Notes: generated from the letters alone by a model not told the origin. A stretch of DNA of 64,000 bases from Escherichia coli (GCF_003018255.1 NZ_CP027440.1); one strand, 5' to 3'; shown: positions 11,337 to 23,148, counted from the stretch's first letter. A program made the numbers and translations.

Positions 11337-12087
11337 TTTTCGATTCCTGATTTTCGCTATGCGGAAGCCCTAATGCGGGCAGAAGGTCATTTATAGACTG
11401 ATAAATTACATCAGGCTGGCTGAGATCGATAGCCTCGCCGTAGTTATATCCGTAGGTTAAGCCAACTGATGGGCAACCTGCCGCTTTTGCTGCCTGAATA
11501 TCATTGCGTGAGTCGCCAACAAACAGCATCTGTTGTGGGGCAATTCCCATCCGCTCAGCCACCAGTAACAGCGGGTCCGGATGCGGTTTTTTGTTTTGCA
11601 CATCATCACCGCCGATAACCACGCTGAAGTATTTGGCGATATCTAAGGCTTCGAGCAGCGGCGCGACGAACGGCGTCGGTTTGTTGGTGACCAGGCCTAG
11701 CGGCAGGCCTTTAGCCTGCAATGCGCCCAGCGTATCGGCAACGTGCGGGAACAAAAACGTCCCCTCTTCGGCAACCTCGCCATAGTAGCGATCGAACAGT
11801 TTACGCAGAATACGTACCTGTTCTTCTGCCGGAATGTCGTCATCAACGGGCGGTTTACCCATTGTTTTACGCAGAGTCGCACGTTCCTGACGCGCCCAGG
11901 TCAATGCGCGCTCCATCAGAATATCTGCGCCGTTACCAATCCAGGTAATAACGCGTTCTTCACCTGCGACAGGCAACTCCAGCGCATACAGCGCCATATC
12001 TACCGCAGCAGCAAGACCGGGTGCACTGTCAACCAGCGTACCGTCGAGATCAAAAGCGACGCCGCGAATATCTTCAAACTTATTCAT
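11329..12087 (-). CDS. gph: Phosphoglycolate phosphatase (HAD family)
   Basis: 252 aa; HAD motif FDLDGTL near N-terminus; 8-nt overlap with trpS. Confidence 0.95.
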   Translation of the reverse strand: MNKFEDIRGVAFDLDGTLVDSAPGLAAAVDMALYALELPVAGEERVITWIGNGADILMERALTWARQERATLRKTMGKPPVDDDIPAEEQVRILRKLFDRYYGEVAEEGTFLFPHVADTLGALQAKGLPLGLVTNKPTPFVAPLLEALDIAKYFSVVIGGDDVQNKKPHPDPLLLVAERMGIAPQQMLFVGDSRNDIQAAKAAGCPSVGLTYGYNYGEAIDLSQPDVIYQSINDLLPALGLPHSENQESKND

Positions 12088-12757
12088 GACTTACCTTTGC
12101 CAGTTCACTGCGCATTTCATCAATGACTTTTTTGTAGTCTGGCTGGTCGAAGATTGCCGAACCAGCAACAAACATATCCGCGCCCGCCGCAGCGATTTCG
12201 CCAATGTTGTTCACCTTCACGCCACCGTCCACTTCCAATCGAATGTCAAAGCCAGACTCGTCGATACGACGACGTACTTCGCGCAGTTTATCCAGTGTTT
12301 GAGGAATGAAAGACTGACCGCCGAAACCAGGATTGACGGACATCAGCAGGATCACATCCAGCTTATCCATCACGTAATCCAGATAACTCAGAGGTGTCGC
12401 CGGGTTAAATACCAGACCCGCTTTACAGCCATTTTCTTTAATCAGTTGCAGCGTGCGGTCAACATGCTCGGAGGCTTCTGGATGAAAGGTAATGATGCTG
12501 GCACCAGCGGCAGCGAAATCAGGCACAATGCGATCGACGGGTTTCACCATCAGGTGTACGTCGATAGGGGCGGTAATGCCGTAGTTACGCAAGGATTTCA
12601 GCACCATTGGCCCAATAGTCAGATTGGGAACATAGTGGTTATCCATGACGTCAAAATGCACGACATCAGCGCCAGCTGCCAGGGCTTTTGCGGTATCTTC
12701 ACCCAGGCGGGCAAAATCAGCCGACAGAATTGAGGGGGCAATCAAATACTGTTTCAT
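12080..12757 (-). CDS. rpe: Ribulose-phosphate 3-epimerase
   Basis: 225 aa; N-terminus [21 protein letters not shown]. Confidence 0.95.
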   Translation of the reverse strand: MKQYLIAPSILSADFARLGEDTAKALAAGADVVHFDVMDNHYVPNLTIGPMVLKSLRNYGITAPIDVHLMVKPVDRIVPDFAAAGASIITFHPEASEHVDRTLQLIKENGCKAGLVFNPATPLSYLDYVMDKLDVILLMSVNPGFGGQSFIPQTLDKLREVRRRIDESGFDIRLEVDGGVKVNNIGEIAAAGADMFVAGSAIFDQPDYKKVIDEMRSELAKVSHE

Positions 12758-12774
12758 CCGCTTCTCCTTGAGAA

Positions 12775-13611
12775 TTATTTTTTCGCGGGTGAAACGACTC
12801 CTGGTTTGTACAAAGCCAGCAGTTCGTCCACCTTTTTACGTGTGCCGCCGTTGCTGCTTATACTGCGTCGAACTTTGACGACATGCAATTTTGCGCGCTG
12901 ATACCACTCACGCGTTAACATCGTATCGTGATTGGAGATCAGCACTGGAATATGGCGATCAACCAGACCTTCGGCGATCTCCGCCAGATGCGCTTGTTGT
13001 TCAAGCGTAAAACTGTTTGTGTGATACGCCGTAAAGTTGGCGGTCGCAGACAGCGGCGCATAAGGCGGATCGCAATAGACGACGGATGCATCATCTGCGC
13101 GCGCCATGCTATCGGCGTAAGACTCACAGTAGAAAAAGGCATTCTGCGCTTTTTCAGCGAAGTGATACAACTCTGCTTCCGGGAAATAGGGTTTTTTGTA
13201 GCGGCCAAACGGCACGTTAAACTCACCGCGCAGATTGTAACGACACAGACCGTTGTAACCGTAGCGGTTCAAATATAAAAACAGTACCGCCCGACGGAAC
13301 GGATCCTGGCTTTTGTTGAACTCTTCGCGGAACTGATAGTAAACCTCGGCGCAATTTGTTTCGGGAACAAACAGCTCGCGTGCGGCCTGTACGTACTCAT
13401 CAGTACGCATCTTCACAATGTTATAGAGACTGATCAGGTCGCTATTGATATCGGCAAGGATATAACGAGAAAAGTCGGTGTTGAGAAACACCGACCCGGC
13501 ACCTACAAAAGGCTCAACCAGACATTCGCCCTTGGGCAAATGCCGTTTAATATCATCAAGCAGGGGATACTTGCCCCCTGCCCACTTCAAAAAAGCGCGA
13601 TTTTTCTTCAT
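12775..13611 (-). CDS. dam: DNA adenine methyltransferase (GATC)
   Basis: 278 aa; DPPY catalytic motif, N-terminal WAGGK. Confidence 0.95.
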   Translation of the reverse strand: MKKNRAFLKWAGGKYPLLDDIKRHLPKGECLVEPFVGAGSVFLNTDFSRYILADINSDLISLYNIVKMRTDEYVQAARELFVPETNCAEVYYQFREEFNKSQDPFRRAVLFLYLNRYGYNGLCRYNLRGEFNVPFGRYKKPYFPEAELYHFAEKAQNAFFYCESYADSMARADDASVVYCDPPYAPLSATANFTAYHTNSFTLEQQAHLAEIAEGLVDRHIPVLISNHDTMLTREWYQRAKLHVVKVRRSISSNGGTRKKVDELLALYKPGVVSPAKK

Positions 13612-13717
13612 GCTGACTAACTAATTACACCTTCTCCGGCTGTGGAGAAAGCTCCGACAGCATCCAGCGCTTCAGGCAACTCCCGCGATGATAAACCATT
13701 GCGGGAGATAACCTTGA

Positions 13718-15004
13718 TTACTTCAGATCGGCCTGTACCTGACGCAGCGGTTTCGCCCACGGGTTTTTGGCCTGGACATCGGCTGGCAATGTAGATACCG
13801 CTTTTTTCGCCTCTTCTTTCGAAGCGTACACGCCAGAAACCAGGACATACCACGGCTGACCATTACGCGTCGTTTCATAGACAACGTAGTTTTTCAGATT
13901 CTCTTTCTTCGCCCAACCGTTCAGGTTGTCGTAGTTAGAGGAACTGCTCAGCTGCAGAGTGTAATGGCTGGACGGTGCCGATTTCAACGAACCAACATTA
14001 CCTGCGGTCTTCCCTCCAGCGGCTGGTGTTGCCGTGGTTTGCGCCGGGGATGCCGTCTGTACTGGAGCCGTAGTCGCCGTCTCTTTTGGTGCTGGCGTAG
14101 AAGTCGCAGCCGGTGCCTTCGTGCTTGCCACAGGAGCAGCTGGTTCAGTACGCTTCGGCGTCTGTGCTACCGGCTTCGGCTCCGTTTTCACGGTTGCTTG
14201 CGGTTTTTTCGGTTCAATCACCGCCTGCTGGCGAGCTGGACGCGTAGTGGCCGGACGTTCAGCGGTTTGCGTTTTCGCCGTGTCACGCGATGCATTGCCA
14301 TTGCGAACAGGCGCGACCGTCGCGGGTTCAGTCGGCAACGTGGAATTGACCGCCACATTATTCAACTGTTGCTGATTTTGTGGCTGGGTCAGCGCATTGT
14401 TCAGGTCACCCTGCACTTCAACACGTTGTTGACCATCCGTTGCCGCCGGGGTTTGCCCTTGAGTCGGCGTAGAAGAGATCGGCGGCAGAGAAACATCCTG
14501 CTGAGTATTTTCCGCAGACGTGGTTCCCGGCGCTGGCTGCACGCCATTCGCCTGATCGGTCGCATTGCCAGCAAGATCAATACTCTTCTCGCCAGACGCG
14601 GTTTGATCGCTGGAAGAGGTCGAGGGGGCTTTTAGCGCAGAACCGATACCGATGATCAACAGCAGGAGAACCAGAATGCCGACGCCCATCATCATATACT
14701 GACGAGAAGCGGGTTTACTGGCTGCTTTTTTGCGCTTACGTGGACGACGCTCTACGCGCTCTTCATCCACGGTTTCATCTTCGGATTCGTCAATTTCTTC
14801 TTCGAGTTCCGGTTCCTCATTGCGCTCTTTTTGCGCACGAGTCGGACGGCGATCGTCAGTGTCATCAAGTTCAATATCATCAAAATTGATCTGCGGTTCG
14901 CCACGTTCAGTACGCTCAGAACGTTCAGAAGATTGACGAGAACGACCAGTACGACGATCGCTGGGATCGGGTTTCAGCTCGTCTTCTGGTTTGAATTCAT
15001 CCAT
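13718..15004 (-). CDS. damX: Cell division protein DamX (SPOR domain, low-complexity linker)
   Basis: 428 aa; acidic N-terminus, single TM, long P/T/Q/A-rich region, C-terminal SPOR-like domain. Confidence 0.9.
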   Translation of the reverse strand: MDEFKPEDELKPDPSDRRTGRSRQSSERSERTERGEPQINFDDIELDDTDDRRPTRAQKERNEEPELEEEIDESEDETVDEERVERRPRKRKKAASKPASRQYMMMGVGILVLLLLIIGIGSALKAPSTSSSDQTASGEKSIDLAGNATDQANGVQPAPGTTSAENTQQDVSLPPISSTPTQGQTPAATDGQQRVEVQGDLNNALTQPQNQQQLNNVAVNSTLPTEPATVAPVRNGNASRDTAKTQTAERPATTRPARQQAVIEPKKPQATVKTEPKPVAQTPKRTEPAAPVASTKAPAATSTPAPKETATTAPVQTASPAQTTATPAAGGKTAGNVGSLKSAPSSHYTLQLSSSSNYDNLNGWAKKENLKNYVVYETTRNGQPWYVLVSGVYASKEEAKKAVSTLPADVQAKNPWAKPLRQVQADLK

Positions 15005-15095
15005 TTAACACCCCACTAAAAGGTTAATGCTTACCACGTTGCAATTAACCTGAAGCTAATAGACCGCTTGATAAGCGGCCTGACCTTTCTTGTTG

Positions 15096-16184
15096 TTACG
15101 CTGATTGACAATCGGCAATGGCGTTAAGAACAAGCTCGTGCGAAACGCCGCTGCGAACTTCACTCTTACCAATTGCCAACGGAAGAATTAAGCGCATCTC
15201 TCCCGCAAGGACTTTCTTGTCACGCAGCATATGCGGTAAATACGCCTGCGCAGACATTTCGCGCGGCCCATTGACCGGTAACCCAGCCCGCGTGAGCAGG
15301 GTTATAATACGCTGCGTTTCGGCAGAACTAAACTGCCCGAGACGTTCCGACGTCCGCGCCGCCATCACCATACCCGCAGCAACCGCTTCACCGTGTAACC
15401 AATTGCCATACCCCATTTCAGCTTCAATGGCATGACCAAAGGTGTGTCCCAGATTCAGTAAAGCACGTAACCCGGTTTCGCGCTCGTCGGCGGCGACAAC
15501 TTCTGCCTTCAGTTCACAACAACGGCGAATACAGTACGCCATTGCCGGACCGTCCAGACGCAACAACGCATCCAGATTCTCTTCCAGCCAGTTGAAAAAC
15601 GCACCGTCAAGAATAATGCCGTATTTGATGACTTCTGCCAGCCCCGACGCTAACTCACGCGGGGGAAGCGTTTTCAGACAGTCGAGATCCACCACCACTG
15701 AAGCAGGCTGGTAGAACGCGCCAATCATGTTTTTACCGAGGGGATGGTTGACCGCAGTTTTGCCGCCAACGGAGGAATCGACCTGCGACAGCAATGTCGT
15801 CGGGACTTGAATGAAACGTACACCGCGCTGATAACTCGCCGCCGCAAAGCCGGTCAGATCGCCCACTACGCCGCCGCCAAGCGCCACCAGCGTAGTATCG
15901 CGACCATGCGGCTTTTGTAACAACGCCGTAAAGACGGTATCGAGTACAGCCAGGCTTTTATACTGCTCGCCGTCAGGGAGGATAACGCTATCGACGTTAA
16001 CACCCGCCTGTTCAAGTACGCCGCGGACCTTATCGAGATACAGGGGAGCCAGGGTTTCGTTGGTAACCAACATGACCTGCTCGCCCGATTTCAGCGGTAA
16101 GAATGAAGCTGGTTCATTAAACAAACCAGATGCGATGGTAATTGGGTAACTACGTTCCCCGAGAGTAACGACAATCCTCTCCAT
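15096..16184 (-). CDS. aroB: 3-dehydroquinate synthase
   Basis: 362 aa; N-terminus [22 protein letters not shown]. Confidence 0.95.
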
Positions 16185-16240
16185 AACGCGACATCCACCT
16201 TAATTACTGTACCCGCAGACGAGTGTATATAAAGCCAGAA

Positions 16241-16762
16241 TTAGTTGCTTTCCAGCATGTGAATAATCTGGTTTGCAACCACTTTAGCGCTTTGATCATC
16301 AGTACGAATGGTCACGTCGGCAATCTCTTCATACAGCGGATTGCGTTCATTGGCCAACGCTTCCAGAACTTCACGCGGCGGTGTTTCAACGTGCAGCAAC
16401 GGGCGTTTTTTATCACGCTGCGTGCGTGCAAGTTGCTTTTCGATGGTCGTTTCAAGATAAACGACAACGCCACGAGCGGAAAGACGGTTACGCGTTTCAC
16501 GGGATTTCACAGAGCCGCCGCCAGTAGCCAGCACAATACCCTGTTTCTCGGTCAACTCATTGATGACCTTTTCTTCGCGATCGCGGAAGCCTTCTTCGCC
16601 TTCTAAATCGAAAACCCAGCCCACATCAGCTCCGGTTCGTTTCTCAATCTCTTGATCGGAATCGTAAAATTCCATATTGAGTTGTTGAGCTAACTGGCGC
16701 CCAATAGTGCTTTTTCCGGCACCCATAGGCCCAACCAGAAAGATATTGCGTTTCTCTGCCAT
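16241..16762 (-). CDS. aroK: Shikimate kinase I
   Basis: ORF track 240 aa; true start [19 protein letters not shown] (ATG 16760-16762), Walker A motif; 173 aa. Confidence 0.9.
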   Translation of the reverse strand: MAEKRNIFLVGPMGAGKSTIGRQLAQQLNMEFYDSDQEIEKRTGADVGWVFDLEGEEGFRDREEKVINELTEKQGIVLATGGGSVKSRETRNRLSARGVVVYLETTIEKQLARTQRDKKRPLLHVETPPREVLEALANERNPLYEEIADVTIRTDDQSAKVVANQIIHMLESN

Positions 16763-17162
16763 TTTTTCGGTACTACTAAGACTATTCGTTAATGATAAAC
16801 CCGCTTCGCTCAGAGAGCGCCGCAGGACATGAACTGAAACCTCATAAGATATTGCGAGAGTCAGACTGAAAATTATCTCAATACTCCAGCGGGTTTGGCA
16901 ACTGAATAAATCACCCATCCCTCTGCATATCTGGTCGCTGCAAGCGCGCTGCCTTGCTACCACCGCTCTGGCGATTAATCACCGGGTAAGATTAGCGTAA
17001 AAAAGACAGCAAAATGCCGCCTGAATGATAAATCATCATCATGGAACGCAGGCAGCGAAGAGCACCAACTCTCAAATCGGTACTCCTTGTATGCTAAATA
17101 CCTGCGCGCGTCAAATAGATGAAACACGTTCAGCGTAAAAACATTACCGCTTTTACGGCTGT

Positions 17163-18401
17163 TTACTCACTGGAAACCAGTCGTGGCGTGATAAACACCA
17201 CTAACTCGCGTCGTTCATCTTCTTTTCCGTCATGACGAAATAATTGCCCGAACCAGGGAATGTCGCCAAGCAACGGTACGCTATCCTGACCCGATTTATT
17301 TTTACGGGTAAAAATGCCGCCCAGCGCCAACGTTTCTCCGCTTTTGACCTCGACCTGCGTTTCGATCTCCTGCTTATCAATCGCCAACACTTCGCCATCG
17401 GCCTGCTGTAGCACCTGCCCCGGAACGTTCTGGCTGATGTGTAATTTCAGCCGGATGCGACCTTTTTGTAACACCGTGGGCGTAACTTCCATCCCCAGGA
17501 CGGCCTCTTTAAATTCCACCGACGTCGCGCCACTTTCCCCGCTGGAAACCTGATATGGAATTTCGCTCCCCTGTTTAATGCTGGCAGGCTGAAGATGTGA
17601 GGCCAGCAGACGCGGACTGGCGATAATATCCAGCTGCTGTTTTTGTTCGAGCGCGGAAAGCTCAAGATCCAGTAAACGTCCGTTGATGCGTCCAATGTTA
17701 AAACCGACATGCGTTGTCGCCGTCGCTACGGAGAGGTCGCTGCCAAGCGTGGTGACTTGCCCAACGCCACCAGCTTGCTGCGCATCAGCCAACGTCCATT
17801 TCACGCCTAACTCACGCAAACTTTTTTCATTAATGGTGACAATATGCGCCGACAGCTCAACCTGCCCGACCGGCAGATCCATTTGCGCTACCCACTGTTC
17901 AAGCGCGCTTAACGCCGTTTTGTTATCTCGCAGCAAAAGGCGATTGGTGCGTTTATCGACGGTCATACTCCCTTTGGCACTCAGTAGCTTCTCCCCGGCT
18001 TTCGCCAGTTCTCCCGCGTCGGCGTATTGCAGGGTTATACTGCGATTTTCCAGCGGCAGATTTGCCTGCGCCCGCGCCTGCTCCGCCTCCTGACGGGCGA
18101 TATTGTCATTCTGCCAGGCAACGGAATGCACCGAGAGAATGTTGCCCTCCTGGCGCGTTATCAATCCGGCGCTTTTCACTACAGTTTGTAGTGCCTGCTT
18201 CCAGGGAACGTCAGTTAAATGTAACGACACCGTACCGCTGACGTCTGGCGAAACCACCAGGTTCAACTTCTCCTGTTCAGCCAGCGCCTGCAACACCTGA
18301 GCTACCGGAACGTCATCCACCATCAGCGTCACTTTTTGCGGCTTTGCCGCCTGTACGCCGGGTATAAGCATCAACAGTAGTGCGGCTATCCATTGCTTCA
18401 T
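17163..18401 (-). CDS. hofQ: Secretin-family outer membrane protein HofQ (type IV pilus / DNA uptake)
   Basis: 412 aa; signal peptide MKQWIAALLLMLIPGVQA; secretin-like C-terminal region. Confidence 0.9.
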   Translation of the reverse strand: MKQWIAALLLMLIPGVQAAKPQKVTLMVDDVPVAQVLQALAEQEKLNLVVSPDVSGTVSLHLTDVPWKQALQTVVKSAGLITRQEGNILSVHSVAWQNDNIARQEAEQARAQANLPLENRSITLQYADAGELAKAGEKLLSAKGSMTVDKRTNRLLLRDNKTALSALEQWVAQMDLPVGQVELSAHIVTINEKSLRELGVKWTLADAQQAGGVGQVTTLGSDLSVATATTHVGFNIGRINGRLLDLELSALEQKQQLDIIASPRLLASHLQPASIKQGSEIPYQVSSGESGATSVEFKEAVLGMEVTPTVLQKGRIRLKLHISQNVPGQVLQQADGEVLAIDKQEIETQVEVKSGETLALGGIFTRKNKSGQDSVPLLGDIPWFGQLFRHDGKEDERRELVVFITPRLVSSE

Positions 18402-18717
18402 TTGTATCTCCTTGCCGTTGCCACAACCAGTGTGGCGGTTCGCAGTTTGTCCCGGTTCCCAGCGTTAGTGCGTCTGGCGTCAGCTGTAAAATTGTCCAGC
18501 CGTTTTCCAGCACGTCGTTTTGCTGCACCCGTCGCCATTTTTTTTGCCCGTCTTTTATTACACCGATGATGCGCTCACCTCGCCCTACCATCCCCTGATA
18601 GCGCCACTGGCTAAGTTCGCTAATCCGGCATAGATCTTCCGGCGGTTTAAAAGGGTCACGCATACCGGTTAAAAGGCACAATGTAATACCTGCCAACAAC
18701 CAGCGTTTAACCCTCAT
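18313..18717 (-). CDS. hofP: HofP (PilP-like pilus assembly protein)
   Basis: Start trimmed to MRVKRWLLAGITLCLL (lipoprotein-like signal); 134 aa; overlaps hofQ 5' end by about 89 nt. Confidence 0.7.
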   Translation of the reverse strand: MRVKRWLLAGITLCLLTGMRDPFKPPEDLCRISELSQWRYQGMVGRGERIIGVIKDGQKKWRRVQQNDVLENGWTILQLTPDALTLGTGTNCEPPHWLWQRQGDTNEAMDSRTTVDAYTRRTGGKAAKSDADGG

Positions 18718-19147
18718 GCGGCGTCTCCAGTTGTAGCGTGAACAAAAGGTCATCACCTTCCACGCTTAACGAAAAACGGCTCACGCTGACGTTGCGCTCT
18801 GCCAGCCGTGTAAATGCCGACGGCACTGCTTCCCACAGCGTTTTCAACGCCAACTCACCTCCCTGCGCGGATGGATGCCAGTAAACCAGTTGCGCGCCGG
18901 ATAACTGAAAATCCAGTGGCGAAAAGGGCAGCGTTTTTTCCTCGCTGAAGGGAGTGGTGTCAACCAGGCGATACAGTGCGGCCCACTGCTGGTGATGACT
19001 TGCCCGTAGTCGAATTAATGCGTCGCTCTCTTCATGGTGTGTCGATGACAGAAAAATGAGCGTAACTAACATCAGCAACCAGACTGCCCAGCAAAGCTGG
19101 CGGAGGCGGGGTGATGTGGCGAACCACCAGTCAAAGAGCATGTCCAT
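18707..19147 (-). CDS. hofO: HofO (PilO-like)
   Basis: 146 aa ORF with N-terminal TM segment; operon position. Confidence 0.8.
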   Translation of the reverse strand: MDMLFDWWFATSPRLRQLCWAVWLLMLVTLIFLSSTHHEESDALIRLRASHHQQWAALYRLVDTTPFSEEKTLPFSPLDFQLSGAQLVYWHPSAQGGELALKTLWEAVPSAFTRLAERNVSVSRFSLSVEGDDLLFTLQLETPHEG

Positions 19148-19670
19148 CGCTAACCTTCCTTGTTAACTGATACTCAAATTGCCAGCGTCCCTGCGCATCC
19201 TGCTGCGTGGCCCCCCGCTGATTGAGATGAAAAGATGCATCCTGGCGGAGTGACGTTTCCAGCGCGTTTAACGCGGTAATGCTTGTTGTCAGCCCCTTGA
19301 TCTCCAGCGTACCTTGCTGCCAGCTTATCGTTGTCAGCCAGGCATGTTCGGGTAAAAGCGCCGCCAGTGCTTCCAGCGCAGATTGCCAGTCACGGGTAAA
19401 TTGTCGCTGGAGCTGCCTTTGCAAACGCTGTTCGCGTAACTGCTGGCGTTCCAGCAAACGTGGTTTCGTTATCTGTAAGCTGCGGGCGAGTTGTTGTTCC
19501 GCCTGAAGCAAAACGGTGTCTACGCGTGCTTCGGCGTTGCTTGTCAGACGCAGTATTAGCGTTATCCCGACAGCCAGCAGCAGAGGCGCAACGAACATCA
19601 GCAACCAGAAACGCAGAAAAGCGGTCCGGCGTTGCTGTCGCCAGGGCAAAAAATTAATTGGCGGGTTCAT
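19131..19670 (-). CDS. hofN: HofN (PilN-like)
   Basis: 179 aa with N-terminal TM segment; operon position. Confidence 0.8.
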   Translation of the reverse strand: MNPPINFLPWRQQRRTAFLRFWLLMFVAPLLLAVGITLILRLTSNAEARVDTVLLQAEQQLARSLQITKPRLLERQQLREQRLQRQLQRQFTRDWQSALEALAALLPEHAWLTTISWQQGTLEIKGLTTSITALNALETSLRQDASFHLNQRGATQQDAQGRWQFEYQLTRKVSDGHAL

Positions 19671-20449
19671 CAGTACGCCTTCCCTAGCGCCAGCCCCAGC
19701 GCGATGGCAAAGTCTCCACCTGGCGGCGGTAGCGGCGGCTGACGAACAGAAACCGCCTCCCAGGGATCAAATCCGCCTTCGCCACATATCGCGACGCTTT
19801 CGGGATCAACGGATAACGCTGCCGCCAGCTCCTTCGCGCTAGTCATCCCCACCGCCAGTTTGCGCCCCCAGCGATAGCGCGTCGCCCACAGCCACTGTTC
19901 GTTATCACGCCAGGCCAGACATTGCTGATGAGAAGGTAAAAAAGGCAGGAATCGCTGTAATGCACTGGCATCCGGGGTGATCGCGCTAACATGAACACGC
20001 AACCTTTCTGCCAGAGTAAGCAGCGTTGCCAACTCTTTGCTTTGCGCGGCAGTCACGTTATAGGCGGGACTGAGTGAGTCTTCGCTGTAATCGAAGCGCA
20101 GGGAGTCCGGATCCATATCCAGCTCGCGGGCCATCGTCCCGGACAGCCAGGCCGTTTGCTCCCGCTCACCAAGGGACATCGACGGACGTGGAAATGACCG
20201 CTGTAATGTGCGACTGGCGGGAAACGCCAACATAATGTGATGACGCTGCGGCAGTTCGCGACTCCACGGTAACAACGTTTTAGCCAGCCGCTGCACATCA
20301 ACAATCCGCCCATCTTTGATAATGTCGTTCTCCAGCGGCAACCGCCACCAGCGTTGCAAAAAGCATTCTTTTGTGCCCCGCACGATCGCAACCGCTACCG
20401 CTTCTTGCTGTTGTAAATGCAAACCAATTTGCCAGATCTTAAATGCCAT
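19670..20449 (-). CDS. hofM: HofM (PilM-like, actin-like ATPase fold)
   Basis: Start trimmed to MAFKIWQIGLHL (ATG 20447-20449); 259 aa. Confidence 0.8.
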   Translation of the reverse strand: MAFKIWQIGLHLQQQEAVAVAIVRGTKECFLQRWWRLPLENDIIKDGRIVDVQRLAKTLLPWSRELPQRHHIMLAFPASRTLQRSFPRPSMSLGEREQTAWLSGTMARELDMDPDSLRFDYSEDSLSPAYNVTAAQSKELATLLTLAERLRVHVSAITPDASALQRFLPFLPSHQQCLAWRDNEQWLWATRYRWGRKLAVGMTSAKELAAALSVDPESVAICGEGGFDPWEAVSVRQPPLPPPGGDFAIALGLALGKAY

Positions 20450-20568
20450 TGTGATGATCTCCTTATCACCCGTCACTCTGACGGGTATATCAATGCGTCT
20501 GGCTTGCCTTTATACTACCGCGCGTTTGTTTATAAACTGCCCAAATGAAACTAAATGGGAAATTTCCA

Positions 20569-23121
20569 GTGAAGTTCGTAAAGTATTTTTTGATCCTTGC
20601 AGTCTGTTGCATTCTGCTGGGAGCAGGCTCGATTTATGGCCTATACCGCTACATCGAGCCACAACTGCCGGATGTGGCGACATTAAAAGATGTTCGCCTG
20701 CAAATTCCGATGCAGATTTACAGCGCCGATGGCGAGCTGATTGCTCAATACGGTGAGAAACGTCGTATTCCGGTTACGTTGGATCAAATCCCGCCGGAGA
20801 TGGTGAAAGCCTTTATCGCGACGGAAGACAGCCGCTTCTACGAGCATCACGGCGTTGACCCGGTGGGGATCTTCCGTGCGGCAAGTGTGGCGCTGTTCTC
20901 CGGCCACGCGTCACAAGGGGCGAGTACCATTACCCAGCAGCTGGCGAGAAACTTCTTCCTCAGTCCAGAACGCACGCTGATGCGTAAGATTAAGGAAGTC
21001 TTCCTCGCGATTCGCATTGAACAGTTGCTGACGAAAGACGAGATCCTCGAGCTTTATCTGAACAAGATTTACCTCGGTTACCGCGCCTATGGTGTCGGTG
21101 CTGCGGCACAAGTCTATTTCGGTAAAACGGTCGACCAACTGACGCTGAACGAAATGGCGGTGATAGCCGGGCTGCCGAAAGCGCCTTCCACCTTTAATCC
21201 GCTCTACTCAATGGATCGTGCCGTCGCGCGGCGTAACGTCGTACTGTCGCGGATGCTGGATGAAGGGTATATCACCCAACAACAGTTCGATCAGACACGC
21301 ACTGAGGCGATTAACGCTAACTATCACGCGCCGGAGATTGCTTTCTCTGCGCCGTACCTGAGCGAAATGGTGCGCCAGGAGATGTATAACCGTTATGGCG
21401 AAAGTGCCTATGAAGACGGTTATCGCATTTACACCACCATCACCCGCAAAGTGCAGCAGGCCGCACAGCAGGCGGTACGTAATAACGTGCTGGACTACGA
21501 CATGCGCCACGGCTATCGCGGCCCGGCAAATGTGCTGTGGAAAGTGGGCGAGTCGGCGTGGGATAACAACAAGATTACCGATACGCTGAAGGCGCTGCCG
21601 ACCTATGGTCCGCTGCTGCCTGCCGCAGTCACCAGCGCCAATCCTCAGGAAGCGACGGCGATGCTGGCGGACGGGTCGACCGTCGCATTGAGTATGGAAG
21701 GCGTTCGCTGGGCGCGTCCTTACCGTTCGGATACTCAGCAGGGACCGACGCCGCGTAAAGTGACCGATGTTCTGCAAACGGGTCAGCAAATCTGGGTTCG
21801 TCAGGTTGGCGATGCATGGTGGCTGGCGCAAGTGCCGGAAGTGAACTCGGCGCTGGTGTCGATCAATCCGCAAAACGGTGCCGTTATGGCGCTGGTCGGT
21901 GGCTTTGATTTCAATCAGAGCAAGTTTAACCGCGCCACCCAGGCACTGCGTCAGGTAGGTTCCAACATCAAACCGTTCCTCTACACCGCGGCGATGGATA
22001 AAGGTCTGACGCTGGCAAGTATGTTGAACGATGTGCCAATTTCCCGCTGGGATGCAGGTGCCGGTTCTGACTGGCAGCCGAAGAACTCACCACCGCAGTA
22101 TGCCGGTCCAATTCGCTTACGTCAGGGACTGGGCCAGTCGAAAAACGTGGTGATGGTACGCGCAATGCGGGCGATGGGCGTCGACTACGCTGCAGAATAT
22201 CTGCAACGCTTCGGCTTCCCGGCGCAAAACATTGTCCACACCGAATCGCTGGCGCTGGGTTCAGCGTCATTCACCCCAATGCAGGTGGCGCGCGGCTACG
22301 CGGTCATGGCGAACGGCGGCTTCCTGGTGGACCCGTGGTTTATCAGCAAAATTGAAAACGATCAGGGCGGCGTGATTTTCGAAGCGAAACCGAAAGTAGC
22401 CTGCCCGGAATGCGATATTCCGGTGATTTACGGTGATACGCAGAAATCGAACGTGCTGGAAAATAACGATGTTGAAGATGTCGCTATCTCCCGCGAGCAG
22501 CAGAATGTTTCTGTACCAATGCCGCAGCTGGAGCAGGCAAATCAGGCGTTAGTGGCGAAGACCGGCGCGCAGGAATACGCACCGCACGTCATCAACACTC
22601 CGCTGGCATTCCTGATTAAGAGTGCCTTGAACACCAATATTTTTGGTGAACCCGGCTGGCAGGGTACTGGCTGGCGAGCAGGTCGTGATTTACAACGGCA
22701 TGATATAGGCGGAAAAACGGGTACCACTAACAGTTCGAAAGATGCGTGGTTCTCGGGTTACGGTCCGGGCGTTGTGACCTCGGTCTGGATTGGCTTTGAT
22801 GATCACCGTCGTAATCTCGGTCATACAACAGCTTCCGGAGCGATTAAAGATCAGATCTCAGGTTACGAAGGCGGTGCCAAGAGTGCCCAACCTGCATGGG
22901 ACGCTTATATGAAAGCCGTTCTTGAAGGTGTGCCGGAGCAGCCGCTGACGCCGCCGCCGGGTATTGTGACGGTGAATATCGATCGCAGCACCGGGCAGTT
23001 AGCTAATGGTGGCAACAGCCGCGAAGAGTATTTCATCGAAGGTACGCAGCCGACACAACAGGCGGTGCACGAGGTGGGAACGACCATTATCGATAATGGC
23101 GAGGCACAGGAATTGTTCTGA
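20569..23121 (+). CDS. mrcA: Penicillin-binding protein 1A (glycosyltransferase/transpeptidase)
   Basis: GTG start at 20569 giving 850 aa beginning VKFVKYFLILAV; an alternative in-frame ATG at 20545 gives 858 aa. Confidence 0.95.
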   Translation: MKFVKYFLILAVCCILLGAGSIYGLYRYIEPQLPDVATLKDVRLQIPMQIYSADGELIAQYGEKRRIPVTLDQIPPEMVKAFIATEDSRFYEHHGVDPVGIFRAASVALFSGHASQGASTITQQLARNFFLSPERTLMRKIKEVFLAIRIEQLLTKDEILELYLNKIYLGYRAYGVGAAAQVYFGKTVDQLTLNEMAVIAGLPKAPSTFNPLYSMDRAVARRNVVLSRMLDEGYITQQQFDQTRTEAINANYHAPEIAFSAPYLSEMVRQEMYNRYGESAYEDGYRIYTTITRKVQQAAQQAVRNNVLDYDMRHGYRGPANVLWKVGESAWDNNKITDTLKALPTYGPLLPAAVTSANPQEATAMLADGSTVALSMEGVRWARPYRSDTQQGPTPRKVTDVLQTGQQIWVRQVGDAWWLAQVPEVNSALVSINPQNGAVMALVGGFDFNQSKFNRATQALRQVGSNIKPFLYTAAMDKGLTLASMLNDVPISRWDAGAGSDWQPKNSPPQYAGPIRLRQGLGQSKNVVMVRAMRAMGVDYAAEYLQRFGFPAQNIVHTESLALGSASFTPMQVARGYAVMANGGFLVDPWFISKIENDQGGVIFEAKPKVACPECDIPVIYGDTQKSNVLENNDVEDVAISREQQNVSVPMPQLEQANQALVAKTGAQEYAPHVINTPLAFLIKSALNTNIFGEPGWQGTGWRAGRDLQRHDIGGKTGTTNSSKDAWFSGYGPGVVTSVWIGFDDHRRNLGHTTASGAIKDQISGYEGGAKSAQPAWDAYMKAVLEGVPEQPLTPPPGIVTVNIDRSTGQLANGGNSREEYFIEGTQPTQQAVHEVGTTIIDNGEAQELF

Positions 23122-23125
23122 TTAA

Positions 23126-23148
23126 AAAGGCGCTTCAGCGCCTTTTTA
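23126..23148 (+). terminator. Rho-independent terminator after mrcA
   Basis: aaaaaggcgcttcagcgcctttttaa: perfect stem flanked by A and T tracts (potentially bidirectional). Confidence 0.7.

Noticed and set aside
13964-14635. 223 aa Arg/Cys-rich ORF on the plus strand inside damX
   Set aside because: Antisense to the well-supported damX gene; produced by the low-complexity P/T/Q/A-rich region of damX; no start context
16763-16963. Upstream 67 aa N-terminal extension of aroK in the ORF track (240 aa ORF)
   Set aside because: aroK is 173 aa with start at [19 protein letters not shown]; the extension is an in-frame read-through of the leader, not coding
20545-20568. Upstream ATG giving an 858 aa mrcA
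   Set aside because: The known PBP1a N-terminus begins at the GTG-encoded MKFVKYFLIL; the 8 extra residues are probably leader sequence, though this cannot be excluded from sequence alone
21208-21873. 221 aa ORF antisense to mrcA
   Set aside because: Shadow ORF inside the PBP1a gene
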